Counted from the first letter of the stretch, positions 16,549-25,580 are shown. The stretch: DNA of 32,601 bases from Candidatus Uhrbacteria bacterium RIFCSPHIGHO2_02_FULL_57_19 (GCA_001791115.1 MGDZ01000043.1:2572-35172); one strand, 5' to 3'. The notes: generated by a model from the letters alone, not told the origin. Translations and numbers: made by a program.

Positions 16549-16707
16549 CGTCCGGCGTGAAGCAGACAGCGGTGACTGCGAAGGGATTGGTACTTGCGGT
16601 GCCGTTCGGATCAATACCACGATCGACCTCGGGAAACTTTGAGGCAATCTGGTATACTGGGTGTAGGGACCTCTGCAAAGGTCCATTTCTACTGCGCATC
16701 TCAAATT

Positions 16708-16727
16708 CCTGCCTGCCGGCAGGCAGG
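16708..16727. repeat. 20-nt palindrome cctgcctgccggcaggcagg (copy 2)
   Basis: Identical to 61-80. Intergenic, upstream of the glycosyltransferase gene. Confidence 0.9.
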
Positions 16728-16849
16728 TCGGCTGCAAAATCGCAACTGCTCCTCCGCTTATCTTCCAGATAAACATCGTCGCATTTGTGATTTTTCGCTT
16801 CGAAATTTGAAATGCTCGTGACGAAAGCGACTTTTGTAGAGGCCCCTGT

Positions 16850-17992
16850 ATGAAAATCGCAACGAACGTTCACCGTGACGCCTTTGGAGGAATAACGATC
16901 TCCAACCTGGCTCTTTTCAACTGGCTGGAGGAGAAACATGACGTGATTGTCGGCATCGAGGTGCTGATTTCCCGGCATATTCTCGGCGCGGTAATTTTTC
17001 GCCATTACGATCCGTCCTTTTTCCATCATCACATGATCAATGCCATCGACATCGTCCCCCAGAAGCCCTGGGAACGGGCCTGGGGGATGGCCAGTGCCCG
17101 CAATCGCTGGCGCGTCCTTATCGAGACCACGAAAAGGATCCTGCTCCAGGAAGCGCCGGACGTCGTGCTCTTGAATGGAACGTACTACGCGCCGTGGATT
17201 CTGGCCGTGGCGGCGCATGAGCTTGGCATCCCGACGGTCCTGCGTTATGCCGGCGTGTTGAAGCGCGAGGTCACTGGCATGGGCTACTTCGCCCGGCATC
17301 AGTTGCTCAACTACGAGCGTTGGCAGGCGTCAACCGCGGACGCCATCATTTTCCCGTCATCGCTTTGCCGAAAGGTAGTGGAGGAGGAGATTCTGGGCGC
17401 GCCGGCCAAGCACGGCGTTGTCATCCCGAACCCCGTGGATGCCGGAACACCCATACTTCGCCGCCGTGACGGGCGGTATGTGATCGCCGCCGTGGGCCGC
17501 TGGTCGCGGGTCAAGAATTTTCAGGCGTTCATCGCGCTGCACGAGGAGCTTCTCGCCGATCGCTGGCTTCACCGCGCTGTCGTGGTGACCTCCTATCACG
17601 ACAAGAAATTTCCGATTCCGGAAACCATCGTGCGGCGCGATCCGATGAGCCACGACGACCTGCAGAAGTTTTTCCGTACGATCAACCTGCTGGTCGTGCC
17701 GTCTCATTTCGAGACGTTCTGCAACGTCGCCGCCGAGGCGGTGATCCTGGGGACGCCGGTCCTGATTTCTGAAAACGTCGGGTTCTCGGAAATTCTTCGG
17801 AAGGCCGGTCTTGGACGGATGGTCATTGCCAATTTCGATGATCCGGTGAAGGTCGCGGGCGCGGTGAAGCGGCTTGCCCTAACGCACATCCTCAAAAAGG
17901 AACATGCCGCCCTCGCCGCCCTGCTTGATTCCCATCGGATTCATGAGCGCATGATCAAGGTGCTCAACGGCGTACTCCGCGTGAAGCAGTGA
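16850..17992 (+). CDS. GT-B fold glycosyltransferase, family 4-like
   Basis: C-terminal VVPSHFETFCNVAAEAVILGTPVLISENVG contains the E-x7-E motif of GT4 enzymes. gtagagg lies upstream of the ATG. Confidence 0.8.
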   Translation: MKIATNVHRDAFGGITISNLALFNWLEEKHDVIVGIEVLISRHILGAVIFRHYDPSFFHHHMINAIDIVPQKPWERAWGMASARNRWRVLIETTKRILLQEAPDVVLLNGTYYAPWILAVAAHELGIPTVLRYAGVLKREVTGMGYFARHQLLNYERWQASTADAIIFPSSLCRKVVEEEILGAPAKHGVVIPNPVDAGTPILRRRDGRYVIAAVGRWSRVKNFQAFIALHEELLADRWLHRAVVVTSYHDKKFPIPETIVRRDPMSHDDLQKFFRTINLLVVPSHFETFCNVAAEAVILGTPVLISENVGFSEILRKAGLGRMVIANFDDPVKVAGAVKRLALTHILKKEHAALAALLDSHRIHERMIKVLNGVLRVKQ

Positions 17993-17998
17993 GGTGTC

Positions 17999-18541
17999 CT
18001 AGCGCACCTCCACAATTTTGTAGACAACATCTTGACCGTTAATGGTATGAAGGACGCTGTCGCCGGCCTTGTGGCCGAGCAGGGTGGCGCCGACGGGGGA
18101 GAAATGCGAGATTCGACCGCGGGAGGGATTCGTTTCCTGCGAGCCGAGAATCTCATAGGTCCGCTCTTCGCCGTTCACGCGCAGTACGACGATCGAACCG
18201 ATGGCAATCCTGGCCGACACGCTTGCGCCCGACGTAATGACGATGGCGCGTTTGAGGCGTTCCTTGATGGAGAAAATGCTGTCGTTGATGCGCCGCAGGT
18301 GGAACTTGGCCTCGGTGTAAGCGGCGTTCTCGGAGAGGTCGCCCATTTCTTTGGTGCGCGCCACCTCGTCGGCCGCCTTGGACCGCTCGTGTTTCAGAAG
18401 CCGTTCCAGCTCATCCTGAAGACGGGCAATGGCCGCAGCCGTGAGATGAGCGTCAGTGTCGCTCGGGCGCTGGTACTTGCGGTGCTGTTCGGACCTCCGC
18501 CGGGGAACTTGCATACCCGGGAATGATAGCGCCTGCCGCAC
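17999..18541 (-). CDS. greA: transcription elongation factor GreA
   Basis: LTAAAIARLQDELERL...GDLSENAAYTEAKFHLRRINDSIFSIKERL and the C-terminal ISHFSPVGATLLGHKAGDSV. The annotated start is GTG. An in-frame ATG at 18514 is an alternative start. Confidence 0.9.
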   Translation of the reverse strand: MRQALSFPGMQVPRRRSEQHRKYQRPSDTDAHLTAAAIARLQDELERLLKHERSKAADEVARTKEMGDLSENAAYTEAKFHLRRINDSIFSIKERLKRAIVITSGASVSARIAIGSIVVLRVNGEERTYEILGSQETNPSRGRISHFSPVGATLLGHKAGDSVLHTINGQDVVYKIVEVR

Positions 18542-18609
18542 ATTGCTGCTATACCACCGCTTTGCCCAGTGTCTATTCCAATCAATAAAATGTGCTAAAA
18601 TACAGTTGC

Positions 18610-19314
18610 ATGAATAGACTTTTAATTACAACTTTTATTTTGGGATCAATTCTTGTTGCTGACTCGGTGAATGCCCAAACGATGGGCGGATTTTCCAATA
18701 CCCAGGTTGATTGGGATGAAGTCGTTGAACACACGATCCGGGAAGAACAAGAAGGCAAAGAACTTTGGGACAAACTGCAGGCAAAGGAAATTGCGTGCGC
18801 CGATCTAAACGATGAGCAGTATGGAGTGCTTGGCGAATACTTTATGGGCCAAATGGCCGGAGATTCGCACGCCGCCATGAACGCCATGATGATCCAAGTG
18901 CACGGCGAAGACGGCGAGGAGCAGATTCACATTGTAATGGGTAAACGTCTTTCCGGTTGCGACACGTCGGCGGCACTTCCAGCGGGAAGTCTCGGCTGGA
19001 TGCCTATGATGAATATGATGTGGGGAGGGTGGTCATCTCCTTTTAATAATAATTCAACAAACAATATGATGAATTTTGGATTCGGGCCTCTTGGCGGCTT
19101 TGGCTGGATATTTATGATTCTCTGGTGGGTCTTGATAATCGCCGGCATTGTCGCGATTATCAAATGGCTCATCAGCCAATCTCGCGGTACTCACCATAAC
19201 GAAAAACCTGCCTTGCCGGCAGGCAGGTCCGCGCTTGAGATTTTGCAGGAACGATACGCTAATAGTGAGATGGATAAAAAAGAGTTTATGGAAAAGAAAA
19301 AGGATTTAAGTTAG
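18610..19314 (+). CDS. secreted/membrane protein with C-terminal SHOCT domain
   Basis: The ATG at 18610 gives a signal-like MNRLLITTFILGSILVADSVNAQ (the track ORF begins at an upstream GTG). Met/Gly/Trp-rich segment, a TM helix WIFMILWWVLIIAGIVAIIKWLI, and a SHOCT-like LEILQERYANSEMDKKEFMEKKKDL. Confidence 0.7.
   Translation: MNRLLITTFILGSILVADSVNAQTMGGFSNTQVDWDEVVEHTIREEQEGKELWDKLQAKEIACADLNDEQYGVLGEYFMGQMAGDSHAAMNAMMIQVHGEDGEEQIHIVMGKRLSGCDTSAALPAGSLGWMPMMNMMWGGWSSPFNNNSTNNMMNFGFGPLGGFGWIFMILWWVLIIAGIVAIIKWLISQSRGTHHNEKPALPAGRSALEILQERYANSEMDKKEFMEKKKDLS
19207..19227. repeat. palindrome family copy 3 (cctgccTtgccggcaggcagg, one extra T) inside a CDS
   Basis: 21 nt, in frame. Encodes PALPAGR in the linker between the TM helix and the SHOCT domain. 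Confidence 0.85.
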
Positions 19315-19320
19315 ACTGCT

Positions 19321-19647
19321 ATGAAAATCGGCATTATCCTGCAATCCAATAATCCGGAACACATTTGGAACACGTTCCGTTTTGGCATTACCGCACTCAA
19401 AGAAGGTCATGCCGTTAAAATTAACCTCATGAACGAGGGAGTTGAGACGGAAGATATTCTTGATACCGAACAGTTTGATGTTTCCAAAAAGGTCCAGGAA
19501 TTCAAAGACCTGAAGGGCGCGCTTTTGGCTTGCGAAACCTGCCTGAAAGTCCGCTCGAAATCGGAAAGTAAAGTTTGTCCGACAACTACCATGAAGGACT
19601 TGGTAAAGATGGTTGAAGAATCGGATAAAGTGCTCGTGTTCGGATAA
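19321..19647 (+). CDS. DsrE/DsrF-like family protein
   Basis: 108 aa. MKIGIIL...start, conserved ACETCLKVR cysteine region and the size typical of the family. Confidence 0.6.
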   Translation: MKIGIILQSNNPEHIWNTFRFGITALKEGHAVKINLMNEGVETEDILDTEQFDVSKKVQEFKDLKGALLACETCLKVRSKSESKVCPTTTMKDLVKMVEESDKVLVFG

Positions 19648-19672
19648 GGAGTTTTGTTAAGCAAACGGAGTC

Positions 19673-19706
19673 AAAAAAGACGATCGCTCCCGCGATCGTC
19701 TTTTTT
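19673..19706. terminator. bidirectional intrinsic terminator between convergent genes
   Basis: aaaaaagacgatcgc-tccc-gcgatcgtctttttt. Confidence 0.85.
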
Positions 19707-19771
19707 GACGTCTCGATTGCTTTACGCATCGTGCACGTTTGATTTCATATTCGTGTTTTTTCATGCGGCGT

Positions 19772-21361
19772 TCACCTTGTCACGCTGATGCTCTCGCCCA
19801 GTTCGGCGCCGCAGGCGATGACCTCAGCTCGTCCGCTAGCTCGGCTTCTTATGGCGTAATACGTCTTAGTATCGTCACCAAACCTTTCGTCAACGGGCAT
19901 CTGCGATAAGTAGTCGTCAACCAAACTGCTTCGCAGATCCAGACAAACGTCGTTGGTGGCGGCGCCCCCGCTATATCCGACAGTAACGCTTTTTAATTCA
20001 GGAGAAAGCGAAACGTTATCTGTTTCAAAAAACGCTTTGTACTGGAAATATTGCGTACTGGAAACATTGATCAAAGCCATAGTCGGAGGATTGACCGAGG
20101 TGCTTGCGAGTTCGGAGTAATAAGTGGAGGTTGCGCCGTTTGGTCCGATAAAAGACTCTCCGACGCAGGCCGAATCGTCACAAGATCGAACCTGAAGATT
20201 TAGCCGCAAGGCGCCGCGCTTGTAAAGATCGGATATTTCCGTGGCCGAAAGGGCGCGGTTGTAAACCGCGACTTCGTCGATTCTGCCGTCCCAAAGTTCC
20301 GCGAATCCGGGGTTACGGCCAATAGTTAAAACAGTGTCGCTGGTGTCGTATCCCGGCCCGGAACCCAGACTGGTTGAAACGCCGTTTTTGTAGAAATAAA
20401 TGTTACTAGCGTCCCAAACGCCACAAACATGCTGCCAAGTGCTGGCATCAACCGAAACACCAGTTGACCAATAAGCGCTGCCGGTCGCCAACCGCCAGGT
20501 AGATACCAGACGATCGATGGACCAGTCATAACCGCCATTATCGGTTGAGATCAGATCATGATCGCCGGCGCTGGTGCTGGCCGGGTAAGCCCAGGCGCAA
20601 ATTGTCAGCAGTTGGCCGGATGATTGATCGACGTTCAATCCTGTAGTGATGGCGTCGTTGACGCCATCAAATGAAGTGGCGGTATTTAATTTCCCGCTGA
20701 CTCCCGCAGTCGGACAGGTAGCGCCGGCGCACGAGCCGTTATTGCCATTGCCGGAAGTGTCGGCAAAACTGGTTGAACTGACAACATCATTTAAATGCAT
20801 CAGTAACTGGTTGCCGGTCAGATTGGCATTGCCCGTCGGATAGCCGGATTCAGATTGGCTGCTGTTAGGCAGTTCTTTATACAACGGCCGTTGCGGCAGC
20901 CAAGAGATAACGTTCCAGTCAATGATTGAACCGGCATCCTTGACGTTAGATGAAAAATCGCCGGAACCTAAAGCTTGACCGGCAGCGGTCAGCTCCAGCC
21001 AGTTGTTGCCGCTGTCCCACTGAGTATTGTTCATCGTGCCGGCCGCGAACTCCGCTGATTCATCGTCTATGAATGTCAATCCGCCGCAGGCGATAGTGCA
21101 GCCGCCTGTAGCCGTTCCCAGCATTCGGAGCGTGGTGTCAATGCCTGATGGCAGAACGCTGTTATCCGTCGCGTATTCCAAAACCGCTTCGAGAATGGAT
21201 CTTACTTCCGACCAGCGCGAGGAGTTTCTGGCCTCAGCCAGCCGCCTTACCGGATCAACGGCGACAAAAATCACCGCCGCCAAGACGGAAATGATAGTCA
21301 TGACTATCAACAGTTCAATCAATGTAAACCCAGCGTCATTATTGAATTTTTTTGGTTTCAT
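19772..21361 (-). CDS. type IV pilin-like protein (prepilin N-terminal methylation motif) with LamG/concanavalin-type domain
   Basis: GFTLIELLIVMTIISVLAAV near the N-terminus. LamG_3-like WQHVCGVWDASNIYFYKNG ... GRIDEVAVYNRALSATEISDLY. Confidence 0.8.
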   Translation of the reverse strand: MKPKKFNNDAGFTLIELLIVMTIISVLAAVIFVAVDPVRRLAEARNSSRWSEVRSILEAVLEYATDNSVLPSGIDTTLRMLGTATGGCTIACGGLTFIDDESAEFAAGTMNNTQWDSGNNWLELTAAGQALGSGDFSSNVKDAGSIIDWNVISWLPQRPLYKELPNSSQSESGYPTGNANLTGNQLLMHLNDVVSSTSFADTSGNGNNGSCAGATCPTAGVSGKLNTATSFDGVNDAITTGLNVDQSSGQLLTICAWAYPASTSAGDHDLISTDNGGYDWSIDRLVSTWRLATGSAYWSTGVSVDASTWQHVCGVWDASNIYFYKNGVSTSLGSGPGYDTSDTVLTIGRNPGFAELWDGRIDEVAVYNRALSATEISDLYKRGALRLNLQVRSCDDSACVGESFIGPNGATSTYYSELASTSVNPPTMALINVSSTQYFQYKAFFETDNVSLSPELKSVTVGYSGGAATNDVCLDLRSSLVDDYLSQMPVDERFGDDTKTYYAIRSRASGRAEVIACGAELGESISVTR

Positions 21362-21368
21362 GCGGCGT

Positions 21369-22973
21369 TTATCTCGTCACGCTGATGATCTCGCCCAGTT
21401 CGGCGCCGCAGGCGGTAACCTGCACCCGTCCGCTAATCCGGCTTCTTATGGCGTAGTATGTTTTGGTATCGTCGCCCCATCTTTCGTCAACGGGCATCTG
21501 TGACAGATACCCATCAACCAAACTGTTTCGCAGATCCAGACAGGCGTCGTTGGTAGTGCTGGTGGCTCCGCCGCCGTATCCGATGGTCGCGCTTAAAAGT
21601 TCCGGTGAAAATGACGAGTTGTCCGTTTCGAAAAACGTCTTGTACTGGAAATATCTCGTGCTGGAAACATTGGTAAGAGCAAAGGAGGGGAGACTTGGTG
21701 ATGAACTGTTCAACTCGGAATAGAAAGTGGAGGTCGTTCCGTCCGGACCGATCAAAGTGTCTCCGGCGCAGAGCGAGTCGTCACAGGCCCGGACATGGAA
21801 CTTGAGACGCACGGCGCCGCGCTTGTAGTGGTCGGAGACCTCGGTGGGCGACAGAACGCGATTAAAGACGGCGTATTCGTCCAGGGTTCCGCCCAGGGCT
21901 TGGGTGGAATCGAAACTTCCTCCAACCGAATCCTGGTCCTGCGCGATTACCAGTGAACCGGCTCCTCCGATCGAGGTGCCGGTGGCCAAGGTTCCGGAAA
22001 AAGACGAAACGCCGTCCTTGTAAACCCTGACGTTTCCGTCTGAACTCTGCCAGGTAACGGCCACATGGTGCCAGACGTTATCGTTAACCGCGACACCGCT
22101 GGCCGTGGACACCGCGCCTCTGTAAATGGTCAGGTTAGAGCTGTTGAAAACCAGCCAGGTGTTATCGGACGAAGTCGTGGCATAGGATGAAATTCCGTCG
22201 CTGCTGTCACTGGTTTTGATCCAAAATTCCGTGGTGATGGAGGTAGTAGGGAAACTGACCGCGGGATTTTTGATGACATAATCAGTGATCGTCCCACCCG
22301 GGAAGCTCCTGCCTCGGTTGAGTTTGGCGGTGACAATTGAGCTGCCGGTTGCCGTGCCGCCATTGCCGGTTCCTGATGAGTCAGCCGCCGCTGTTCCTGC
22401 TGATTCATCCAGATGCCAAAGCACTCTATTGCCGGTCATGTTGGCGTTGCCAGTCGCGTAATCCGTCTCCGACAGCGCGCTTCCGGGCAGATTCTTGTAG
22501 AGCGGCCTCTGTGGTACCCAAGAGATAACATCCCAAGAAACAACGCTGCCTGCGTCTTTTATTGTCGAAGTAAAATCTCCGGACCCCGCGATTTGACCTG
22601 CCGCGGTTAGTTCCAACCAGTTATTGGCACTGTCCCACTGCGTGGCGTTCATTGTGCCGGCGGTAAACTCTGACGACTCGTCGTCTACGAGGGTTACTCC
22701 TCCGCAGGCGACGGTGCAGCCGCTTCCGGCGGTTCCCAGCATCCGAAGCGTGGTATCAATGCCCGTTGGTAAAAAGTCGTTGTCCGTGGCGTATTCCAAA
22801 ACCGCCTCGAGAATGGATCTTGCCTCGGCCCAGCGCGAGGCATTTCTGGCTTCAGCCCGCCGTCGTATCGGATCCACGGCAACCAAAATCACTGCTGCCA
22901 AGATGGAAATAACTCCGATAATGATCAGCAGTTCGATCAGGGTGAACCCGTTCCTTGATTTTTTGATCAGCAT
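21369..22973 (-). CDS. type IV pilin-like protein with LamG domain, tandem paralog
   Basis: GFTLIELLIIIGVISILAAV. WHHVAVTWQSSDGNVRVYKDG ... GTLDEYAVFNRVLSPTEVSDHY. The N- and C-terminal thirds are near-identical to the 19772-21361 product. Confidence 0.8.
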   Translation of the reverse strand: MLIKKSRNGFTLIELLIIIGVISILAAVILVAVDPIRRRAEARNASRWAEARSILEAVLEYATDNDFLPTGIDTTLRMLGTAGSGCTVACGGVTLVDDESSEFTAGTMNATQWDSANNWLELTAAGQIAGSGDFTSTIKDAGSVVSWDVISWVPQRPLYKNLPGSALSETDYATGNANMTGNRVLWHLDESAGTAAADSSGTGNGGTATGSSIVTAKLNRGRSFPGGTITDYVIKNPAVSFPTTSITTEFWIKTSDSSDGISSYATTSSDNTWLVFNSSNLTIYRGAVSTASGVAVNDNVWHHVAVTWQSSDGNVRVYKDGVSSFSGTLATGTSIGGAGSLVIAQDQDSVGGSFDSTQALGGTLDEYAVFNRVLSPTEVSDHYKRGAVRLKFHVRACDDSLCAGDTLIGPDGTTSTFYSELNSSSPSLPSFALTNVSSTRYFQYKTFFETDNSSFSPELLSATIGYGGGATSTTNDACLDLRNSLVDGYLSQMPVDERWGDDTKTYYAIRSRISGRVQVTACGAELGEIISVTR

Positions 22974-23038
22974 ATCCAGCGATCAAATGATACCTCAATT
23001 TGACATTTTTCTCACGAGGGTATTTGATATATACAATT

Positions 23039-23413
23039 ATGCGAAAGGGGATTGCCTTGATTATTTCACTTCTTCTGATCTTTTCCGGCGCCGTTTTTGT
23101 CCGTGGCGCGGCTGGATTGGCGCACGATGCTCACGCCGGTTCAATGGCCGCCGACGCTTGCGGTGACCAAGGATGCGGAAGTTCATCGCAAGATGCCGGG
23201 CAATCCTGCGCCAGGCACTGTCTTTCAATGGGCATAACCGAAGCCGCCGGCGCTTTACCAGTCGCCTCCGTTGTCCTGGGAACGGCTTTGGTCTTCGTAC
23301 TGGCGCTGGTTGCGCCTTTTGGTACGAGTGGAGGCCTTCATCAAAAATTCAGGGGTCATTTAGAAAAAATCCTCCTGCGTCGCCGTTTGGCGTCAGTTAT
23401 TTTGATCAATTAA
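23039..23413 (+). CDS. small secreted/membrane Cys/His-rich protein (possible metal binding)
   Basis: The ATG at 23039 (the track ORF starts at TTG 23000) gives MRKGIALIISLLLIFSGAVFV. Followed by HDAHAGSMAADACGDQGCGSS...CARHC and a second TM helix. First gene of the copper cluster. Confidence 0.55.
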   Translation: MRKGIALIISLLLIFSGAVFVRGAAGLAHDAHAGSMAADACGDQGCGSSSQDAGQSCARHCLSMGITEAAGALPVASVVLGTALVFVLALVAPFGTSGGLHQKFRGHLEKILLRRRLASVILIN

Positions 23414-23476
23414 ACCGGGCTGTCAGCCGCTAAATTACGGTTGTGCTCGGTTTTTCTATTATCTTTAAATAAACCT

Positions 23477-25081
23477 ATGCCAGAATTGCGACTGTCGGTC
23501 GCTGAATTGAACAAAGAGAACGCCCAACGCTTCGAAGAAGCCATCGGTTCCGTTCCCGGTGTGGAGCGCGTGGATACCTGGAGAGGCGGAGCGTTAATTG
23601 TAGCTTCCGATGACTCCGCGCTTGTCGCGTCCTTAAAAACGGCGCAAGCCGCCGACTTTAAGGCGCGTCTCGACGGAGACGGCGTGCCAAGCGGCGAATC
23701 CACGGAAGTACGTCATCTCAAAGTTGACGGGATGACTTGCCATGCCTGCGAAATCAACATTGAACGCGGTCTGCGGAAAATTGACGGAATACTCAAAGTT
23801 GACGCCGACGCGGCCCGCGGGATGGTGAGAATCGTCTGCCAGAGCGAGCGTCTAGCGGACTTGGATCCGATCAAGAATGTTCTTAAAGAGAAAGGGTATT
23901 CGTTGCGAGATGTACGAAATGTAAATGACCGCGAATCCTCAATCACGATGGAACGGCCGTCAATGCTTCGGTTGCTCTGGCTTTTCGCGGTCGTGCTTGT
24001 GGCCGGCGCGGCTCTGACCAGACTGGGCCTGTTGGGGACAAGCCCGGAAATCGGCCAGAAGGCCGGATTTCTGGCGGCATTGTTTGTCGGACTGGTGGCC
24101 GGGACGTCATCTTGCTTGGCGGTATCCGGCGGACTTCTGCTCTCATCGGCCGCGAAATTCAACGCCCGCTGCGCCAACGCCTCGCCGGCGGTCCGCATGC
24201 GTCCGGTTTTCCTTTTCGTCGCCGGAAGGGTCGCTTCCTACGGCCTTTTGGGAGGGATTATTGGGGCGGCCGGAAAGGCGCTTTCTCCGTCTCCGGCCAT
24301 GACCGGCATCATTACCGCCTTGGCCGCCGTCTACATGCTCGTCATGGGGTTGGATATGCTGGGAATGGCCCCGGGTTGGCTAAAACGCCTGCTGCCGCGT
24401 CTGCCGAAATCATGGAGTCACCGGATCATGGACGCCGAAGGGAAAACTCACCCGGCTGCGCCGTTTCTCCTCGGAGCCGCCACCTTCTTCATTCCTTGCG
24501 GTTTTACTCAGGCCTTCCAGCTCTACGCACTGGCCTCTGGAAATTTCCTCGCCGGCGCCTCCACTTTGGCTGGATTCGCCCTAGGCACGGCGCCGGCCTT
24601 GCTGGCTCTGGGTTGGGCCTCGAGTTCGTTCAAGGGAAAACTGGGTAAGATCTTCTTCCAATTCTCGGGCGCCACGGTGATCATGCTGGGCCTGTGGAAC
24701 ATTGGGAACGGACTCACGGTTGCCGGTTATCCATTGCCGAGACTGACGCTGGGAGGAGGAGAGAATGCCGCCGCCGCCGAAGCAGACGGGGCGCCGCCGA
24801 TCATTGACGGCAAACAGGTGATCAAGATGACTGTCGGCGGAACAGAGGCGGCTTACGATCCTGATAATTTCACGGTCCGCGCCGGAGTTCCGGTGCGCTG
24901 GGAAATCACCGCGGTTCGGGCCGGCGGGTGCTTGTCGTCGCTCATCGCTCCGAAGTTCGGAGTACGCACTCTTCTTAAGAAGGGGAGCAATGTCGTTACC
25001 TTCACTCCGGAACAGCCCGGAAACTATTCGTTTAGTTGCGGCATGGGCATGTTCAGAGGAACGATCGCGGTGGTTCAGTAA
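23477..25081 (+). CDS. fusion protein: two HMA-like domains, TauE/SafE (DsbD_2-like) membrane domain, C-terminal cupredoxin-like domain
   Basis: ATG at 23477 (the track ORF starts at TTG 23441). HMA motif VDGMTCHACEINIERGL. Membrane core GLVAGTSSCLAVSGGLLLS ... FFIPCGFTQAFQLYAL. C-terminal FTVRAGVPVRWEI...GCLSS...NYSFSCGMGMFRGTIAVV. Confidence 0.75.
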   Translation: MPELRLSVAELNKENAQRFEEAIGSVPGVERVDTWRGGALIVASDDSALVASLKTAQAADFKARLDGDGVPSGESTEVRHLKVDGMTCHACEINIERGLRKIDGILKVDADAARGMVRIVCQSERLADLDPIKNVLKEKGYSLRDVRNVNDRESSITMERPSMLRLLWLFAVVLVAGAALTRLGLLGTSPEIGQKAGFLAALFVGLVAGTSSCLAVSGGLLLSSAAKFNARCANASPAVRMRPVFLFVAGRVASYGLLGGIIGAAGKALSPSPAMTGIITALAAVYMLVMGLDMLGMAPGWLKRLLPRLPKSWSHRIMDAEGKTHPAAPFLLGAATFFIPCGFTQAFQLYALASGNFLAGASTLAGFALGTAPALLALGWASSSFKGKLGKIFFQFSGATVIMLGLWNIGNGLTVAGYPLPRLTLGGGENAAAAEADGAPPIIDGKQVIKMTVGGTEAAYDPDNFTVRAGVPVRWEITAVRAGGCLSSLIAPKFGVRTLLKKGSNVVTFTPEQPGNYSFSCGMGMFRGTIAVVQ

Positions 25082-25091
25082 TCGAATCATT

Positions 25092-25580
25092 ATGAAACTC
25101 AACAAACGAATCAAACAAGTCATGATGGCGGCCGGTGCCGTGGCCGTCGGCTGGGGAGCCGTTACCTTGATGACACCCGCCACGGAAAACAGTCCTAACG
25201 GGGATTCAACGCCGATTCAGGCGATTGTTTACCGTTCGCCTACTTGCGGCTGTTGCGGTAATTATTTCTCCTACCTCAAGAAAAGCGGCTTCGAGGTCGA
25301 GACAGAGTGGGCCCAAGACAATGAGGAAAGGCGGACGCGTTTCGGCATTCCCAATGACCTGGCCTCCTGCCACACGACGGTGGTCGGCGATTACGTCATT
25401 GAGGGCCATGTGCCGGTGGAAGCCATCCGCAAACTGCTGGAGGAGAAACCGGCTCTGCGGGGCATTGCCATGCCGGGAATGCCGTCTGGTTCGCCGGGCA
25501 TGCCTGGAGCAAAACGCGGAGAATTCGTGATCTACGCCATAAACAAGGAAGGCGCCGAAGATGTGTTCATGAAGATATGA
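25092..25580 (+). CDS. DUF411 (CopG-like) metal-binding protein
   Basis: In-frame ATG at 25092. Signal/TM segment, then YRSPTCGCCGNY...SCHTTVVGDYVIEGHVPVEAIRKLL...GIAMPGMPSGSPGMPG, the hallmark string of DUF411 proteins found in cop/cus loci. Confidence 0.8.
   Translation: MKLNKRIKQVMMAAGAVAVGWGAVTLMTPATENSPNGDSTPIQAIVYRSPTCGCCGNYFSYLKKSGFEVETEWAQDNEERRTRFGIPNDLASCHTTVVGDYVIEGHVPVEAIRKLLEEKPALRGIAMPGMPSGSPGMPGAKRGEFVIYAINKEGAEDVFMKI

Noticed and set aside
16141-17299. Minus-strand ORFs 16141-16776 and 16478-17299
   Set aside because: The first runs antisense through csp, its terminator and a palindrome. The second is antisense to the GT4 gene, which carries the E-x7-E motif.
19772-22973. 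Diversity-generating retroelement acting on the pilin-LamG genes
   Set aside because: The window has no reverse transcriptase ORF and no short template/variable repeat pair. The divergence spans a whole domain rather than showing an adenine-specific mutation pattern.
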